DNA of 64,000 bases, taken from contig NC_042999.1 in assembly GCF_006345805.1 (NCBI RefSeq), forward strand, positions 129,456,001 to 129,520,000, given 5' to 3'. Source of the stretch: Octopus sinensis. Its lineage: Eukaryota. Under the pieces are notes generated by a model. That model did not search any database, was not told the origin of the DNA, and was given only the letters and a program-made list of their open reading frames with translations. Both the position numbers and the translations under genes were made by a program. Positions 13,800 through 27,790 of this stretch are shown here, one piece after another; position 1 is the stretch's first letter; each line of letters starts with the position of its first letter.

Positions 13800-14520
13800 C
13801 TGAAAGTTCCTCGTAATGTAGTAAAGACATTGTAGCTTCTTCACTACGCCCCTACCCACCCTAATGCCGAGAAGTTTGTAGAGATGACAATATCAAATGA
13901 CTTCTTTGTCTTTCCTTCTCACACATCTTCAATTGTTCAGTCAATGAACCAGGGAATGAATGTTACTTACAAGACACTGTGTAATAAGAATGTTTTTGTT
14001 GAAATAATGATTGCATTGGAAGATGAAGAAGATGTAGGTAAAGATACAAGGGATAGTGTTGGGAGGTTGCTCACTTCAGAATCTACTAGCTTATAATATT
14101 GTCTGCACTATTTAGCTTTGCAGATACTTGGATGGAATTGAAGACCACGAAAAAAATATGTTGTTAAATAATATTGCACTTGTTTTGGAATTCGAAGTAT
14201 TTGAGGTAGATATTACAATTTCTTATTATCCACCATCTACCTTTATTCTTCATTGAAAACGCTTTCACTTTTTCCTGTGGAAGCGCATGGGCCTTAAAGT
14301 CCTGTTTTCCCTAGAGCCTCTGCACTGAGACAAATTTGCTTCATAGCGCACCTTTTTGAATGTTAGCAATTGGAAATAGCTAAATACAATTTTCAAAAAC
14401 GGAAATTGATGAAGATAATCTTGGCTATCAAGTACTTACTGATGAAGAAACTATGGATAAGGCTCTAAGTAGCAGAATAGAGTCAAACGAAAGCATCGAG
14501 GAAGAGAAAATTATACTTGC
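13800..14520 (+). mobile_element. Decayed Tigger/pogo (CENP-B-like DDE_1) transposase fragment
   Basis: VFPSHTSSIVQSMNQGMNVTYK resembles the FLPPNTTSxxQPxDQGxxxxFK motif; downstream GYQVLTDEE (14423-14449) resembles the pogo/Jerky C-terminal motif; interrupted near 14225-14335. Confidence 0.7.
14225..14335 (+). repeat. Short dispersed repeat, second copy at about 19300-19392
   Basis: ttcttcatt...gaaaacg.tttca.ttt...gaagc.catgggccttaaa...tgttttccctagag.ct.tgcact present at both sites. Confidence 0.7.
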
Positions 14521-15373
14521 ACGATCAACACTACCCGGAATGAAGAGTCTCATGGACACTGCCGTCCATTACATAGGGATATCTACTAACTCTAAGATTG
14601 TCCCTTACTATGAACATTTTGGGCAGAATCAATGTTGGAGTGTTTAAGTAAAAGTCTATTTCTTTTCGTTAATTTATTTTTGCTCTCTCTTCTATTTCAT
14701 TTCTGACAGCTTTTAAGCATATCTTATGTAGCAATAAGCACTTAAGGATGATCGTAAAGTATATCAATCGACGTTTACAGAGAAGATAAAAGACAGAAAT
14801 ATGAAAGCTCAATGAATATAATTTTAAAGTCAAATGAAAAATATCGCTAAAATATCGGCTGGTTTCAGAATCCTTTGAAATTGGCCAGGACCACCTTGTT
14901 TGATGCAAGAAATCAATATTATTGATTTTTGTGTATTGAGAGTAATGAAGGAATGTCAGCTAAAAGAGTTTGAAATATTTAGTCACTTTGTGTTCTGAGT
15001 TCAATTTCCGCTGAGGTCAACTGAGAACGTGTGCCTATGTTATAAATCATTATCATTGACTTTTTGGTTGTCTGTAGGTTTTAATATTGCTGTTACTTCT
15101 CTCCTTCATTCCTTCTTTCTTTGTAGTCTTTTGCATTTCAGTTCAGAGTTCATTTTCTCTTTTTATCATGCAACGAATTAAATAAGTTGTGAACGTCTAA
15201 GAATCTTGCAGAAGATGGGAGGTTATTGAATGACGACGAACTGACAAGAAGCAGACAAGTTGTTAGATAATAATTTCCAAGATAATATACAATATTTAAA
15301 AGCTAAAACCATGAAGGTCACAGTTACTTCACTAGTTTCGGCTTTAGCTCCACCATTTCCTAATGAGAAAGTT

Positions 15374-15407
<34 letters not shown>

Positions 15408-15952
15408 TTATCTATCTATCTATCTATCTCTCTCCCTCTCTCTCTCTGACATACACAACACACGCGCACATACACACACACACATACACATACACACACA
15501 CACACGCACACACTCACACGTACATACACACCTATATTATACTTTCCTTCAACTTTGTAACCTGGCCAGTTAATATTCTAATTTTAGAGCTAGCACTTAG
15601 CTGCTCTTTCTGAATGTCTCACTACTTCCTATCTTCATTAAGTTTTTAGACTATGTTTAACCCTCATCCCGGCGGGGTCGTCTGAATGAAGCTGTCTGAT
15701 GTTGAAATTCATAAAATATTTAATGACCCTCGGAAACATCACCGATGATGTATTCAGCTTCATTACAGGATGAGGTATGGAAAAATATTATTCTCTTTAC
15801 TCTGCTGGTTTAGAATCTGAAATATTTTCCGTTAACAGAAACAATAGATCGTTGGACAAAACGCTTTTTCGGTATTTAGCTGTGTTCTACTATGCTATGA
15901 GTTCATATCCTTCCGTGACCGACGTTGTCTTTCATTATTAGAAATCGAAATG

Positions 15953-16420
15953 GGTGAGGTGATAGAATCGTTAGCACGTGGGGCAAAATGTTTAGCGGCA
16001 TCTCGTCCGTCTTCACGTTCTGAGTTCAAATTCCACCGAGATCGACTTTGTCTTTCAACCTTCGGGATCGATAAAGTACGTACCAGTGGAGTACTAGGGT
16101 CGACGTAATCAATTTACATCCTTTCCCAAAAATGCTGGCCTTGTGCCAAATTTAAAAATCATTATTAGGAATTGTCCTCAAGACGGCGAGCTGGTGGCAT
16201 TGTTAGCACGCTGTAAAGACGGACAAAATGCTTAACGGCATTTCGCCCGTCTTTACGTACGCTTTGCTTTGTATCCTTTCAAGATCGAGAAGATAAGTAC
16301 CAGTCAAGCACTGGCATCGATGTAATCGACTATACCCTTCCCCAAAATGTCAAGCTGTGTGCGAAAGGATTATTAGAACTATCTTGATAAAAATATTTTG
16401 GCCTTGAGCCTAAATTAGAA
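15953..16420 (+). mobile_element. SINE family A, two tandem copies
   Basis: Heads at about 15955 and 16185; same central and tail motifs. Confidence 0.85.
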
Positions 16421-17121
16421 ACAATTCATTCGCTTTATCCTAGTTGTTATTCACTTCTACTGTTGGATCTGAGTTGCTTCTTGCAACCCCCCAACAACCC
16501 CCCAACCCCCCAAACACTTAAAGGATATCTTTCATTGTTACCAACTGAAAGTCGTTCATCCGAGACAAATCTTTTACGAATCGATTAACAAGAGAGGAAA
16601 GAATGTTATTTTGCAAGACATAGCTAGCCTGTGCAAACTTCGACCCACATCAAACAAATTTCATCTACACATTTTAAGTACCCTATTATTTCTCATCAAC
16701 TCAGTAATCTCAGATAATTTAATGATAGTCACCTTTTCAACCGTCCAACCGTTTGTATTTTTTCTGTTTTTTTTAAATTTTATTTATTTATTTATTTTTT
16801 TCATGTATTTACTCTAACCTTTTTCTGAATTCTCATTTTGGAATCTCATTCCCGTTATCATCACTGGAACAAAGCAGGCAAATTCAGCAAATTCTTCCGT
16901 TAATAATATTCATCGGGTAGCTGCATCAGATAGTATTTCAACCATAACCACGATACAGTATGTTCCAGAACTGCTTCCTTTCCACAGCAAACTATTTAAC
17001 CATTTTGCATTTACCGACTATTTTACCCCAAGCTATAGAAACACTCAAGTAAAGTTCATACGAGGAAAGGAATGCATTCTCATTCAATTGTTCACTGTCT
17101 GTCTGTCTCTGTTTGTCTGTT

Positions 17122-17158
<37 letters not shown>

Positions 17159-17482
17159 TTCTCTCTCTCCCTTTCTCTCTCTCCCTCTTCCTCTCTCTCT
17201 CTCTCTCTCTCTCTCAACACACTTATTATGGAAACAAATAAAAAAAATGACTCAACATTATCAGCTTAAATTAGATTTTTCCTTCTCTTGACATTCAGAA
17301 TATATTTCCATAAAATATATTGATATTTCTCTAAAATATACTAGTGATATTTTTTTAACTCTTCTCACCAATATATTTCTATGAAATCAGGTCCACATAG
17401 AAATGTATCTTACATTGTTCATTTATAGATGACCTACAAGGCTTTGTTATCTTTCCCACGCTATTTCCACTCTATATGCATA

Positions 17483-18353
17483 CGAGGTCTGATCAATAAG
17501 TATCCCGATGTTGCCATAGTACTGAAGCTAAAGTACGCAGTGAAGTTGATTGGTACAGATTGACCTTGAACTCAGCTGTGCATGCGCAAAAAGTTTTAAC
17601 GTTCTAGCTCACTTCTGCTGTTTACATCAGTGCTTCGAAGTAACTCGTATAGCGTATTATCGTCGCATTGACCATGACAGAGAAAGTGGTCATGGCGATA
17701 TCTGCTAAGAGGCCTACGCAAAGTTGCAGAAAGTGTATGGAGAGGAGTGTATGAGCCGCACACAAGTGTACGAGTGGTTTAGATGTTTCCAAGATGGCCG
17801 AAATTATGTCGATATTGACGAACGTGCTGGGAGGCCCTCAACCAGCAGAACTAAGGAAAACATTGCAGATGTGCGTGCAGCTGTGAGGGGAAATCGTCGA
17901 ATTACCATCCGGAAGTTCTCAGAGAATGTGCAGATTAGTTACGGTTCAGTTCACTCCATTATCACTGAAGATTGGGGTATGAGACGCGTGTCTGCCAAGT
18001 TTGTGCCAAAACTGCTTTCAGCTGACCAAAAAGACACTCGGGTTTCAGTTGCACAAGATCTTGTGTCGAGAACGAGGAAAACTTTTTGAAAACTTTGCTC
18101 AGGCAGGTATAGCCAAGCTTTTGGCAGAATTTGATGCAGATTCTCTGCTCAACTTACTCTGTCATGGTCAATGCGACGATCACACGCTATACACCTTCCT
18201 TCCAAGCACTGCTATAAACAGCGGAAGAGAGCTAGAACGTTAAAACTTTGTGTGCATGCACAGCAGAGCTCAAGGTCAATCTGTGCCGAGCGGCTTTACT
18301 CTGCGTGCTTCGTTACTATGGTAACAGTCTGGATACTTATTGATCAGCCAACG
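17483..18353 (+). mobile_element. Mariner derivative with truncated transposase and a 5' end at both termini
   Basis: TA at 17481-17482 and 18354-18355; TIR cgaggtctgatcaataagtatcc; ORF 17724-18089 with VYEWF, GRPST and RRVSAKFVPKLL (WVPxxL-type) motifs; 18091-18353 is an inverted copy of the 5' end. Confidence 0.9.
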
Positions 18354-19514
18354 TATGTGTAGATGAAACTATTTTACATGCCCCTACCTTCCTTCCTTTG
18401 CACAATCAAGCTTAGGTGTTTTGGCTTGATTGTAAAAACAAAAGTCGTATACGCATTTAAAAGACTTCACTAAGACTCTCCAAATACCAACTCATTCACA
18501 AGATATGTTCTTAAACTGTCTCATATTCGATCACAAGAAAGGTCTCGGCTCCCCCGAATTTCATGAGTAACACAGTTACTCAAATTTACTCTCTGCTGCC
18601 TTTCTTCTTACCGCTTCTCCCACTATGATCCCGTGCTAAAAACCTTCGACATTCCTTTCTTTCCAACATTGAACACCTCTGGATCCCTTTCTTCGGCCGT
18701 TTTCATCCAGCCACTAACCAGCAAGGATTGAAACTGAATATTAACTGTATGTCCCTAACTTTCTATCTATAAATATCTAAAAAGAAAAGAAAATTGTCAC
18801 TGTCGGTCCTCTTCAGAATAAAAATTTGGTATAAATTCAAACGAAATTCTCTGAGCTTCGGCTGTTTCAGATAACTGTATGTCTGTATTTGGTCTCCATT
18901 TATCAATCAATATATTTCTATATTTAGCCATACCTTGAAAGTTGTAGCTACATGTACAACCATCTCAGCATCTCAGTTTTCGCATGAACGCGTTGGTATA
19001 TATCAATAGTTATGTGCAGTAGTTTATAAATACAGAAAATCACGTACCTAGAAACAATGCTGTCAATATTTTACATGCTTACGTTAAAATTTTTCTGACA
19101 ACTACTTTTTCCCTAATATTCCAAGTATTGTGAAATAATTTATTTTGCTGGTCTCTGTTTCATTAAGCAAAAGTTTAGCTCCCGGCTACTTGAAACAGCC
19201 ACACAGTCTAAATACCATGTTGAAACCAACTCCCATCACTTAGCGCTGCTAATATCACCGGGGGCAAATAGCAATTACAACTTCTCATTACTGATCACCT
19301 GTCTTCATTCTCCAATGAAAACGTTTTCATTTCATACCCTGAAGCACATGGGCCTTAAAAGCTTGTTTTCCCTAGAGTCTTTGCACTACGAGAGATTAAT
19401 TAATCGTTATGATTTCGATTCTCTATTTAAACTTCGTCATTCTGTTTACATTGCTAATATCTCAAATAAATATATGCCTGTTTAAGATCACATCCCTAAA
19501 CTATAAATTGTTTC

Positions 19515-20115
19515 AGATTTTGGCTCGAGGCCAGCAATGTTTTGGGGGAAGGGACTTGTCGATTACATAAAATCCCAGTGTTCAACTGGTACTTATTTTA
19601 TCGATCCCGAAAGGATGGAAGGTACAGTCGATCTCGCAGGAATTTGATCTCAGAACGTAAAGATGGACGAAATATAATAAAATACTTAGCAGAATTTCGT
19701 CCATCTTTACGTTCTGAGACGAAATTCCACCGAGGTGGATTTTTACCTTTCCCCTAAATTATAAATACAAAGCTTTTGTACTGAGTTAAAATTTTATTTT
19801 TATTTTTATTTTTATGATGACATAGCACACTGTCCGTCCCCATTTTGTGATATCAGAGGCCTTGTAAACATTTAAGATATCAATATTATATTTCATGGAA
19901 GCGGCGAGCTGGCAGAATCGTTGGCACACCGGGCAAAATGCTTAGCGACATTTCGTCCGTTTTTATGTTCTGAGTTCAAATTCCACTGAAGTTGACTTTG
20001 CCGTTCATCCTTCTCCTGGTCAATAAAATAAAGTACCAGTTGAGCACTGGAGTCGATGTAATCGACTTTCCCCCTCACCCCAAATTACTAGCCTTATGCC
20101 AAAATGGGAAACCAA
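19515..20115. mobile_element. SINE family A copies (minus 19515-19700, plus fragment 19700-19755, plus 19898-20115)
   Basis: Head gcggcgagctggcagaatcgttggcac at about 19900 and family motifs. Confidence 0.85.
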
Positions 20116-20854
20116 TATTTGATTTCATGATCTAACATACATAAAAAATATATTATTTCTATTTCAGTTTTATCTTATTTACACTGTATCATGATAGTAT
20201 AATTTTTATATTCACGTACTATATAGATTTCTATTTTAGTCTCCCACCTAACTTATTCATATGAGGGGCTTTTTATTTTTATTTCCCCATGTTTTGAAAC
20301 TAATGTGACATTGTCTCGTGACCGTAGTGAATCGTTGGATCATCTCAGAGGACATATTTTTGATGTCAAGAGTGAGTCAGCTTCATGAAAGTGTTGACAA
20401 CAACCGAAAATATTTTTTTGTGAATATAAATTAGTCAGAAGAAGAGAGGTTGTACCTATCATTTTTGCAGGCCGTTCCAGTCTGTTGAAGTTGAGGTGGC
20501 TGATACGCAGCCTGAACGTGAACTACATGTCAATGTCTACAAGAAAAACTGGGAGCAGCAAGAGAACTGTGTAGTCAAGTTCAAATGCTTATAGCAGAAT
20601 GAACATCGCTAAATGCATTCATGAACGAAATTATTGTGTTAAACGAAGCGGTATGTTAGATAGTAAATGAAATGAAAATACATCGCAAGCAAGTGAGCAC
20701 ATAAAGAAAAAGAAAAAAATTCACCATCATGTAGTTCCGCTTGATTCATGGTGTTACTGAACAGCAAAACTTATTTCAATTTAAGACACTTTTTTGCATA
20801 TAGATAAATCTAGGTCTATATAAAGAATCAGCTTGTTGTTAGTCATTACTGGTG

Positions 20855-21515
20855 GATTTACAGAATCATTAGGGTGCCGGACAAAATGCTTTACAGTGTT
20901 TGTCCCGGCTTTTTATGTTCTGAGTTAAAATCCCACCGTGGTTGACTTTGCCTTCCATCCTTTCGGGCTCGATAATATAAGTACCAGCCCAAAACTGAGA
21001 TCAATGTAATAGACTTTCCCCCACTTCAAAATTGCTGGCCTTGTGCCAAAATAAAGAGAATTAATATTATTATTAGATGAGCTAACAGAATCATTATCGC
21101 GTTCAACTAAAATGTTTAACGGAATTTTTTCTGACTCTTTACGTTATATTTTTAAATCCCTCTGAAATCAACTTTGCCTTTTATTCTTTTTGGGGTCGAT
21201 AAAATAAGTACCAGCTGTGCATTGGTGTAGATGTAATCAAGTCATTTCCTCCTCTAAAATTGCTGCGCATTGCTGGCTATGTGCCAAAATTTGAAAAGAA
21301 TTATTATCGTTATTATTAGTAAAAACATAAAAAAAAGAGAAATCTGAACTTGATGGAAATTAAATTTAATAAAGTGTACAGCCACAAAATTGGCCAATGA
21401 AGTAGATATTGATTTCAAATTTTGATACAAAGTCAGTAATTCCGGGGGCAGGGAGCAAGTCGATTACATCGATCCCCAGTGCTTAACTGGTACTTATTTT
21501 ATCGACCCCGAAAAG
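20855..21515. mobile_element. SINE family A cluster (plus 20855-21055, plus 21075-21295, minus 21413-21515)
   Basis: Degenerate family motifs. Confidence 0.8.
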
Positions 21516-22086
21516 AATGAAGTAAATGTTACGTAGTGTGTGTATGGGGGGTAATCAAGTGTATACACAATGTAGAATACTGAAGAGAATATCACAAAAT
21601 GAGATACAGGATATCATAAAGTGAGACACAGAAGTAAACACTACATAGTGATTTACTGGAGGTAAGTAAGAGGATACTGATATGCGTACTACAAAGTGGG
21701 GCACTTATATATATGATGATGTTTGTGCTGTTTTGTCAGATGATAGCCGTCTTACATTCTGACAGTGAGACGTCTGTACGTCGTTGGATTTAAGTGACAA
21801 AAGCTTGCACAACACTTTTTGCTACTTGCACAACACTTTTTGCAAGATGACCGACACTATCTCAATTGCAAGTTTTATGTCAGAGCATCTTTCTCCTAGA
21901 AGAGCCACTTTCCCCACGGCTTTATCAAAAATAACGGGAGCCCCTTCAACCCCTGGGAAATCTATTTTTAACCCATAGATGAGACCCTGGCAGGTACTAC
22001 CGTTACGGGTCAGAACGGAGATGGGAGTAATGGTAATTAAGGAGTGACTCAACGCTCCGCATAACTCCAGAGATCCCGTTGGTTTT

Positions 22087-22240
22087 ATGTATGTATGTAC
22101 GTATGTATGTACGTATGTATGTATGTATGTATGTATGTATGTATGTATGTATGTATGTATGTATGTATGTATATATATATATATATATATATATAAATGT
22201 ATGTATATTTATATGTTAGGCACACACACACACACACATA
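22087..22240. repeat. (TATG)n/(TA)n/(CA)n microsatellite
   Basis: Directly visible. Confidence 0.95.
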
Positions 22241-24339
22241 CCTGGAACGGTATAGTGAGGTTGATACCGCAAACCAAATAACATGGCTCACTATATAAAC
22301 TACGTCAAACAACAATAAGTAAGTAATCTGTTTTATGTTTTCTTTTGAATATACTCACAATACAATGTATGCGTCTATCGATTCCATAAGTTTTCTTCTA
22401 TAGAATATTTGGAAATGCATCAACCGATTCACTGGTCGGAGCTATATTCTATAAATGGGAAGAAAAAAATTTTTTGCCTCACTATAAAGACTTTTCGTAA
22501 AACAGAATGGAGCGCAATCAATTGAATCAGTTTCTTTTTATATATTACAGATATATTACATAGATTTCAGAGAAATAAAAGCAAAGCCAATAGCAACAGA
22601 ATTTAACATGGAACAATGAATCACTGTGAAGCAAAGGAGGGCCAAATCTCTACTGTTTGAGTTTAATTTATCTGCCCTGAAAATATAAATGTAACGATCC
22701 GTAAATGTATCCTCTTTTCAATAGCTTTTAAAATTAAAAGGTATATATCTTTCTAGAATGTTAGTATCATATGAATTGAACATCGATCAAAAAGGTGATA
22801 TTATTCACAGTCACTTATGCATACATAGGGAAAGGTGTGCATCGATAGAGATATTGGCTTGACCGATCGCGATCAGATGTATTCATCAAAGAATGCTCGA
22901 TACTATTCATATCAGAGGAGGGAAATGGGAATTTTAACATTCTTGCTATTCTCAAGGTTAACAATAAAAAAAAAATTCGAAATTTCTAGGCAAAACGAAC
23001 CTGAGAATCTGGGTCGTTTAAGTTTAACTCTCATACAATGGCACTCACCGCTAAACATACATAATGTTGATATAATTATCAACAAAATAAACGAAATCAT
23101 TACTCTTTTACTCTTTTTTACTCTTTTACTTGTTTAAGTCACTTGACTGTGGCCATGCTGGAGCACCGCCTTGAGTCGAGCATATCGACCCCAGGCCTTC
23201 AGAAAAAAAAGTCTTATTTTAATAATGTATTTAATTTCAATGAGAAGCAGCTCTAATAATGCATGTGTTTTGTTTACACGCTTATTAGCTGTTGGGTTTT
23301 ATCCAAGGAAAGTTACTTTAAGACATCGCGTGTTAAAAAACACTGGATATTTCAAAACCAGGCGAAACGAATCATCCTGTAGGTGAACGAGGACAGTAGG
23401 TTTTGATATTTCGTTGTTATTTCAGCTCATCGGTACCGTATATTCGATTCACCTTGAAACGGATTCGAGATGCTAGTTTGAGCTATATACGCAAATTGCA
23501 TAAAATCTGTCTGCTGATATGCAACAGCGCCGCGCAAGTAAAATAAAATAAAATTTTGAATTAGAAGCAACTCTTATTATAAAAATAATACCCGTCGAAC
23601 AGCAGCTGTATTATACGAATGATACCCCCACCCATCCTGTAAAGAAAGAAAAACTCTTTAAAATTAAATATCAGAACGACATCCAAGAACAATAAATATT
23701 TCAACAAGAAAATTAATGACATGCACAAAATATATACAAATTTCTCTTATAATTGAAATGCGGGACACAATTTTTTTCCCCCGCGTGAGTTGCAGACCCC
23801 AGTAATGAACTCATTTGTATAGAGCCAATCAGAGATCACCTTGACATTTGTTGTCAAGTTAACAAAGGTTGACATTCAAAATGTCGACCTCCGACTGCCA
23901 TGCGAATCCTGTATTGTGCGCCCATTCAGATGCCAATATCATCGATACTGAACACATACGCTGGTTAGTGGTAAGTTTGAATTACTATAGCAATCTAAGA
24001 TAATGTTTTTGACGAATATGAAAGTACGGAAACTGTCTGAAGGTTTTATATATACAAATTGATTCATTGATACGAATTATGGACGTGTGTGTATTGTTAG
24101 TGTATCTTTGGCTACCGAGTCCCACATATGCATTTTCCTGTGGTCTTCAGCATTTTTCAGTGGTCTTCATGCTGGAACTTCCTTTCTGTAAATGATCCCT
24201 CAATGAGGATGTTGTTGTACGAGGTTTCCACTAGCCATTCGAATGTCTCCAAAGAATGGTTTCTGTCCCTGAACCGCCAGAATGAACCAAATCAAGCAGC
24301 CGGACACCAGCAGCATAACGATGATGTCCATGAACAACG

Positions 24340-25110
24340 CAAAAGATGAACCTCATTGTGCTGACCGTGACGACGACTGAATGGAGTCGAACGATCAGGA
24401 AAATGAAAATGACGGAGCTGACTGCGAGGATATGGAGATTTCTGATAGTGAACACGACGATGTGACAAATTTACGGCTTGAAGTTTACACTTGCAACACT
24501 CTCTTCAAAACCAATTTGATACACGGTAAAATTTTGATACACGCGGTGACACATCAAAATCAAGAGCTGAGGATAGAAGTGAACCAATAATCAATGGGCT
24601 AAACAAAACTTTTCTTGCTTTTTAACAAAGTTATGTTCAAGACAAAGAATTCCTTGGGAGACCAGTGAAAAAATTCACCAAGCAACTTCTGGAACTAACT
24701 TCTGGAATAGATACTGCGTTAGCTTCCGCGGTTCATTGATTTGGTCGGTACTCTGGTGAGGCACATGCTCTTTGCAAGATAAAATGAAAATCTCTAGTGC
24801 GAAATTTTTTGTTTCCACAAACGAAAATCTCCAGTCAGTATGAATACAATTGGTGTGCAACCAACTGCAGCATCCAAGAGAAAGATGGTTGGTGGTGGCA
24901 GAAACCGTATTGGTGTTGGCAGACCGTTGAAAGATTGTTTGGAAAATGCGAAACGAAAGGTGCCGTTCAGCTCTCAGATTATGTCTAGACGCAAAGCCCA
25001 ACATAACATTCGTAAATGTGTTAAAAACAACCACTCTCTTGGTAAAACACACTCTACCAAGTAAACTCAAGACGAAGAACGGTGTTGTAAGTCGACCGAT
25101 CACCAGATTA
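24340..25110 (+). mobile_element. Possible heavily decayed piggyBac-like transposase remnant
   Basis: Acidic ENENDGADCEDMEISDSEHD segment followed by a basic, Cys/His-containing C-terminal-like segment; no TTAA-CCC ends found. Confidence 0.25.
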
Positions 25111-25165
25111 TGCTTTGATCTTAGATGGAGACAAATAATTAGATAGATTTGCATCTATACCTATT

Positions 25166-26580
25166 TCTTTACTACCCACAAGGGGCTAAACACTGAGGGG
25201 ACAAACAAGAACAGACAAACGGATTAAGTCGATTACATCGAGCCCAGTGCGTAACTGGTACTTAATTTATCGACCCCAAAAGAATGAAAGGCAAAGTCGA
25301 TTAAGTTGGTGAATCGAAATTATGGATAAAAACATTTTCGTATATCTTTAAAAAAAATATGTATACGAATTTTAACGACTTCATGTAAGATCATAAAGAT
25401 TATTGATATTAAAAGAAAATTTTAGTCAATGTTTTTCTCTCATTTAGTGGTGAAATTTTTAAAAGCTCTTTAGCAAAATATTTAAAACTTTAAGTGAAAG
25501 TTTGACTGCCCATTTTCACATAAATAATACTATGTCGTATTTACCGAACGTGAAGGCAGTTGCATTATATATTAGGGGAGTAAGGCGGTGAGCCGATAGA
25601 ATCTTTAGAACCTCGGTCAAAATGCTTAACAGCATTTCCTCTAGCTCTTTACGTTCTATGTTCAAATCCCACCGAGGCCGACTTTGTCTTTCATCATTTC
25701 GGAGTCAATAAAATAAAGTACTAGTTGAGCACTGAGGTCGGTATGACCTCCTATTCCAAAATTGCAGGGCTTGCGCCTATAGTAGAAGGAATAATATATT
25801 AGGAGAGGGCATAATTATTAATTAATAAGCATTATAGGCCAGAAAAAATTATATACCCGTTCACAGCGGCACACGGGGCGAAAACTACCCTATCTCACAT
25901 TTCTCTGATCTTTTTGATTAGATCTATGACGCACAGATCTTGAGAGAACTCTTCTGATCCAGAAGCCTGTTTTTATTGATGAGCGTATTTGGGCAACTTA
26001 TTGACTAATCTAATATGTATATTATTTTTCTACTCTAGACACAAAGCCCAAAATTTTTGAAGGAGGGGGGGGGCGGTCGATTAGATCGAGCCCCAATACG
26101 CAACTGGTACTTAATTTATCGACCCCGAAAGGATGAAAGGCAAAGTCGACCTCGGCGGAATTTGAACTCAGAACGTAAAGACAGACGAAATACTGCTAAG
26201 CATATCGTCCGGCGTGCTAACGTTTCTTATTTCTTTACTGCCCACAAGGGGCTAAACATAGAGGGGACAAACAAGGACCGACAAAGGGATTAAGTCGATT
26301 ACATTTCGCCCGACGTACTAGCGTTTCTGCCAGCTCGCCGCCTTAACCCAATATGTATATTAAGCAAACTACTGTCCAACATAATACCAGTTTGTTTATT
26401 TTGACAAACTAGTATCTAACTGACATATCAGTTTCAAATCTTGGCTCAAGGCCAGCAATTTTGGGAGATTGCAACGACCCCAGTGCTCAATTGGTACTTA
26501 TTTTATCGAATCCGAAAGGATGAAAGACGAAGACGAACGAACAGGCAGAAATTGAACTCAGAACCTATAGACTGACGAAA
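25166..26580. mobile_element. SINE family A cluster (minus 25166-25300, plus 25582-25790, minus dimer 26030-26345, minus 26432-26580)
   Basis: Family motifs on both strands. Confidence 0.85.
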
Positions 26581-26999
26581 ATATCTTATTGACTTAACGA
26601 GAGCCAAACTATATAGCATGTTGCGATCTGCCTTCTCTATTACATATTTCTGTTTGACTTTATAATAGTAAGAATAAATAAATAAATAAATAAATTTATT
26701 AATACAATTTACTTCGAATATTTTTTATTGATTACAGTAAGTAAATATTACAAAAAAATTGGGGTTTTTTCAGAAATTGCATAAAAAAGTGGATTAAGCC
26801 CTTTGGCAGCTTGGCTGATTTGGGCAAGTTGGTAGGAAGTCAAAAAATAAAAAATAAATAGATCAATAATTATAAAAGAAAAAGAAGAAAAAAGAAACAT
26901 CCTTTGCATGCAAGCAAGGCGGTCAAAAACGTATATAAAAAGTAAATCTCTTCAAGTCTGGAAATATGAAATATTACAAATGTTATAAATACTGTAGGT

Positions 27000-27790
27000 C
27001 TATAAAATAAAGTTTATAAATGAGTTTGGTTCAGCAGAAGGTGGGTTTTTAATGACTTTTTGAAATTTGACAGCGAAAAAATGTTCTTTAGCTTTCGTGG
27101 TAAAATATTATTCTATATGTTAATACTACTATAAATCAAGCATTTTTGGCAAATTGATACTCGATAAAAGGACGTTTCAAAATTCAAGTCAGCGATACCG
27201 CTTGTTTTGTAGTTATAGGGGAGAGAATGGTGACGGATAATTTCATAGAAATAAGTATTGCGGTGATGATGAAATATTTTGTGGAACTTGATGGCAAAGT
27301 TGTATATATATATATGTATATATAGGGAGAATTCACAACAGCAACAAAAAAAAACAAAAGACGAAGACAGATGGTGTAGACAACAAACATGCATTAGTTT
27401 AACGCTCGGGAACTGAAAACGTCTTTAACGTTTCGAGCCTACGCTCTTCCACAGAAATGAACACAGAAAGAAGTAAGGAGAGAAAATAAAGAATGTGTAG
27501 TGGCTAGCGATCTATCATAGCGAATGTCGGACAGAGGGGTCATACAGGAGATCTAGGAAGAAGGGGAGATAATAAAGTAGTAGTTATTAAACGAAAGTAA
27601 TTTCGATTGAGGATTGTTTCTTTTGAGTTTCCCATGATTTATGAATGGCATGGTTGCGTAAGCAAACTTTGCAATTTACCCAGGCAGCCACACGGTAAGA
27701 GAATTTTGAGTATATTAAAGAATAATAAAGAGTGATTCTAACATTTTCGAGAAGAAAGTAAGAAATTCTATTTAACATACCAAGAGTACG
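27000..27790 (-). mobile_element. L2/CR1-type LINE 3' remnant, interrupted at about 27340-27580
   Basis: ITLYYSLIYSKFSYRVAAW resembles the post-RT LYYSLIYSxLxYGxxxW motif; NNILPRKLKNIFSLSNFKKSLKTHLL resembles the terminal WNxLPxxIKxxxSLxxFKxxLK motif. Confidence 0.55.

Noticed and set aside
20300-20600. Apparent donor (AAGA|GTGAGT, 20372) and acceptor (TTTTGCAG|, 20470) defining a 99-nt intron
   Set aside because: The spliced frame gives no recognisable protein and ends quickly; there is no upstream exon and no CpG depletion
25845-25880. cccgt...acggg hairpin resembling a Helitron 3' end
   Set aside because: Followed by CTAC rather than CTRR, and no 5' TC terminus could be paired with it
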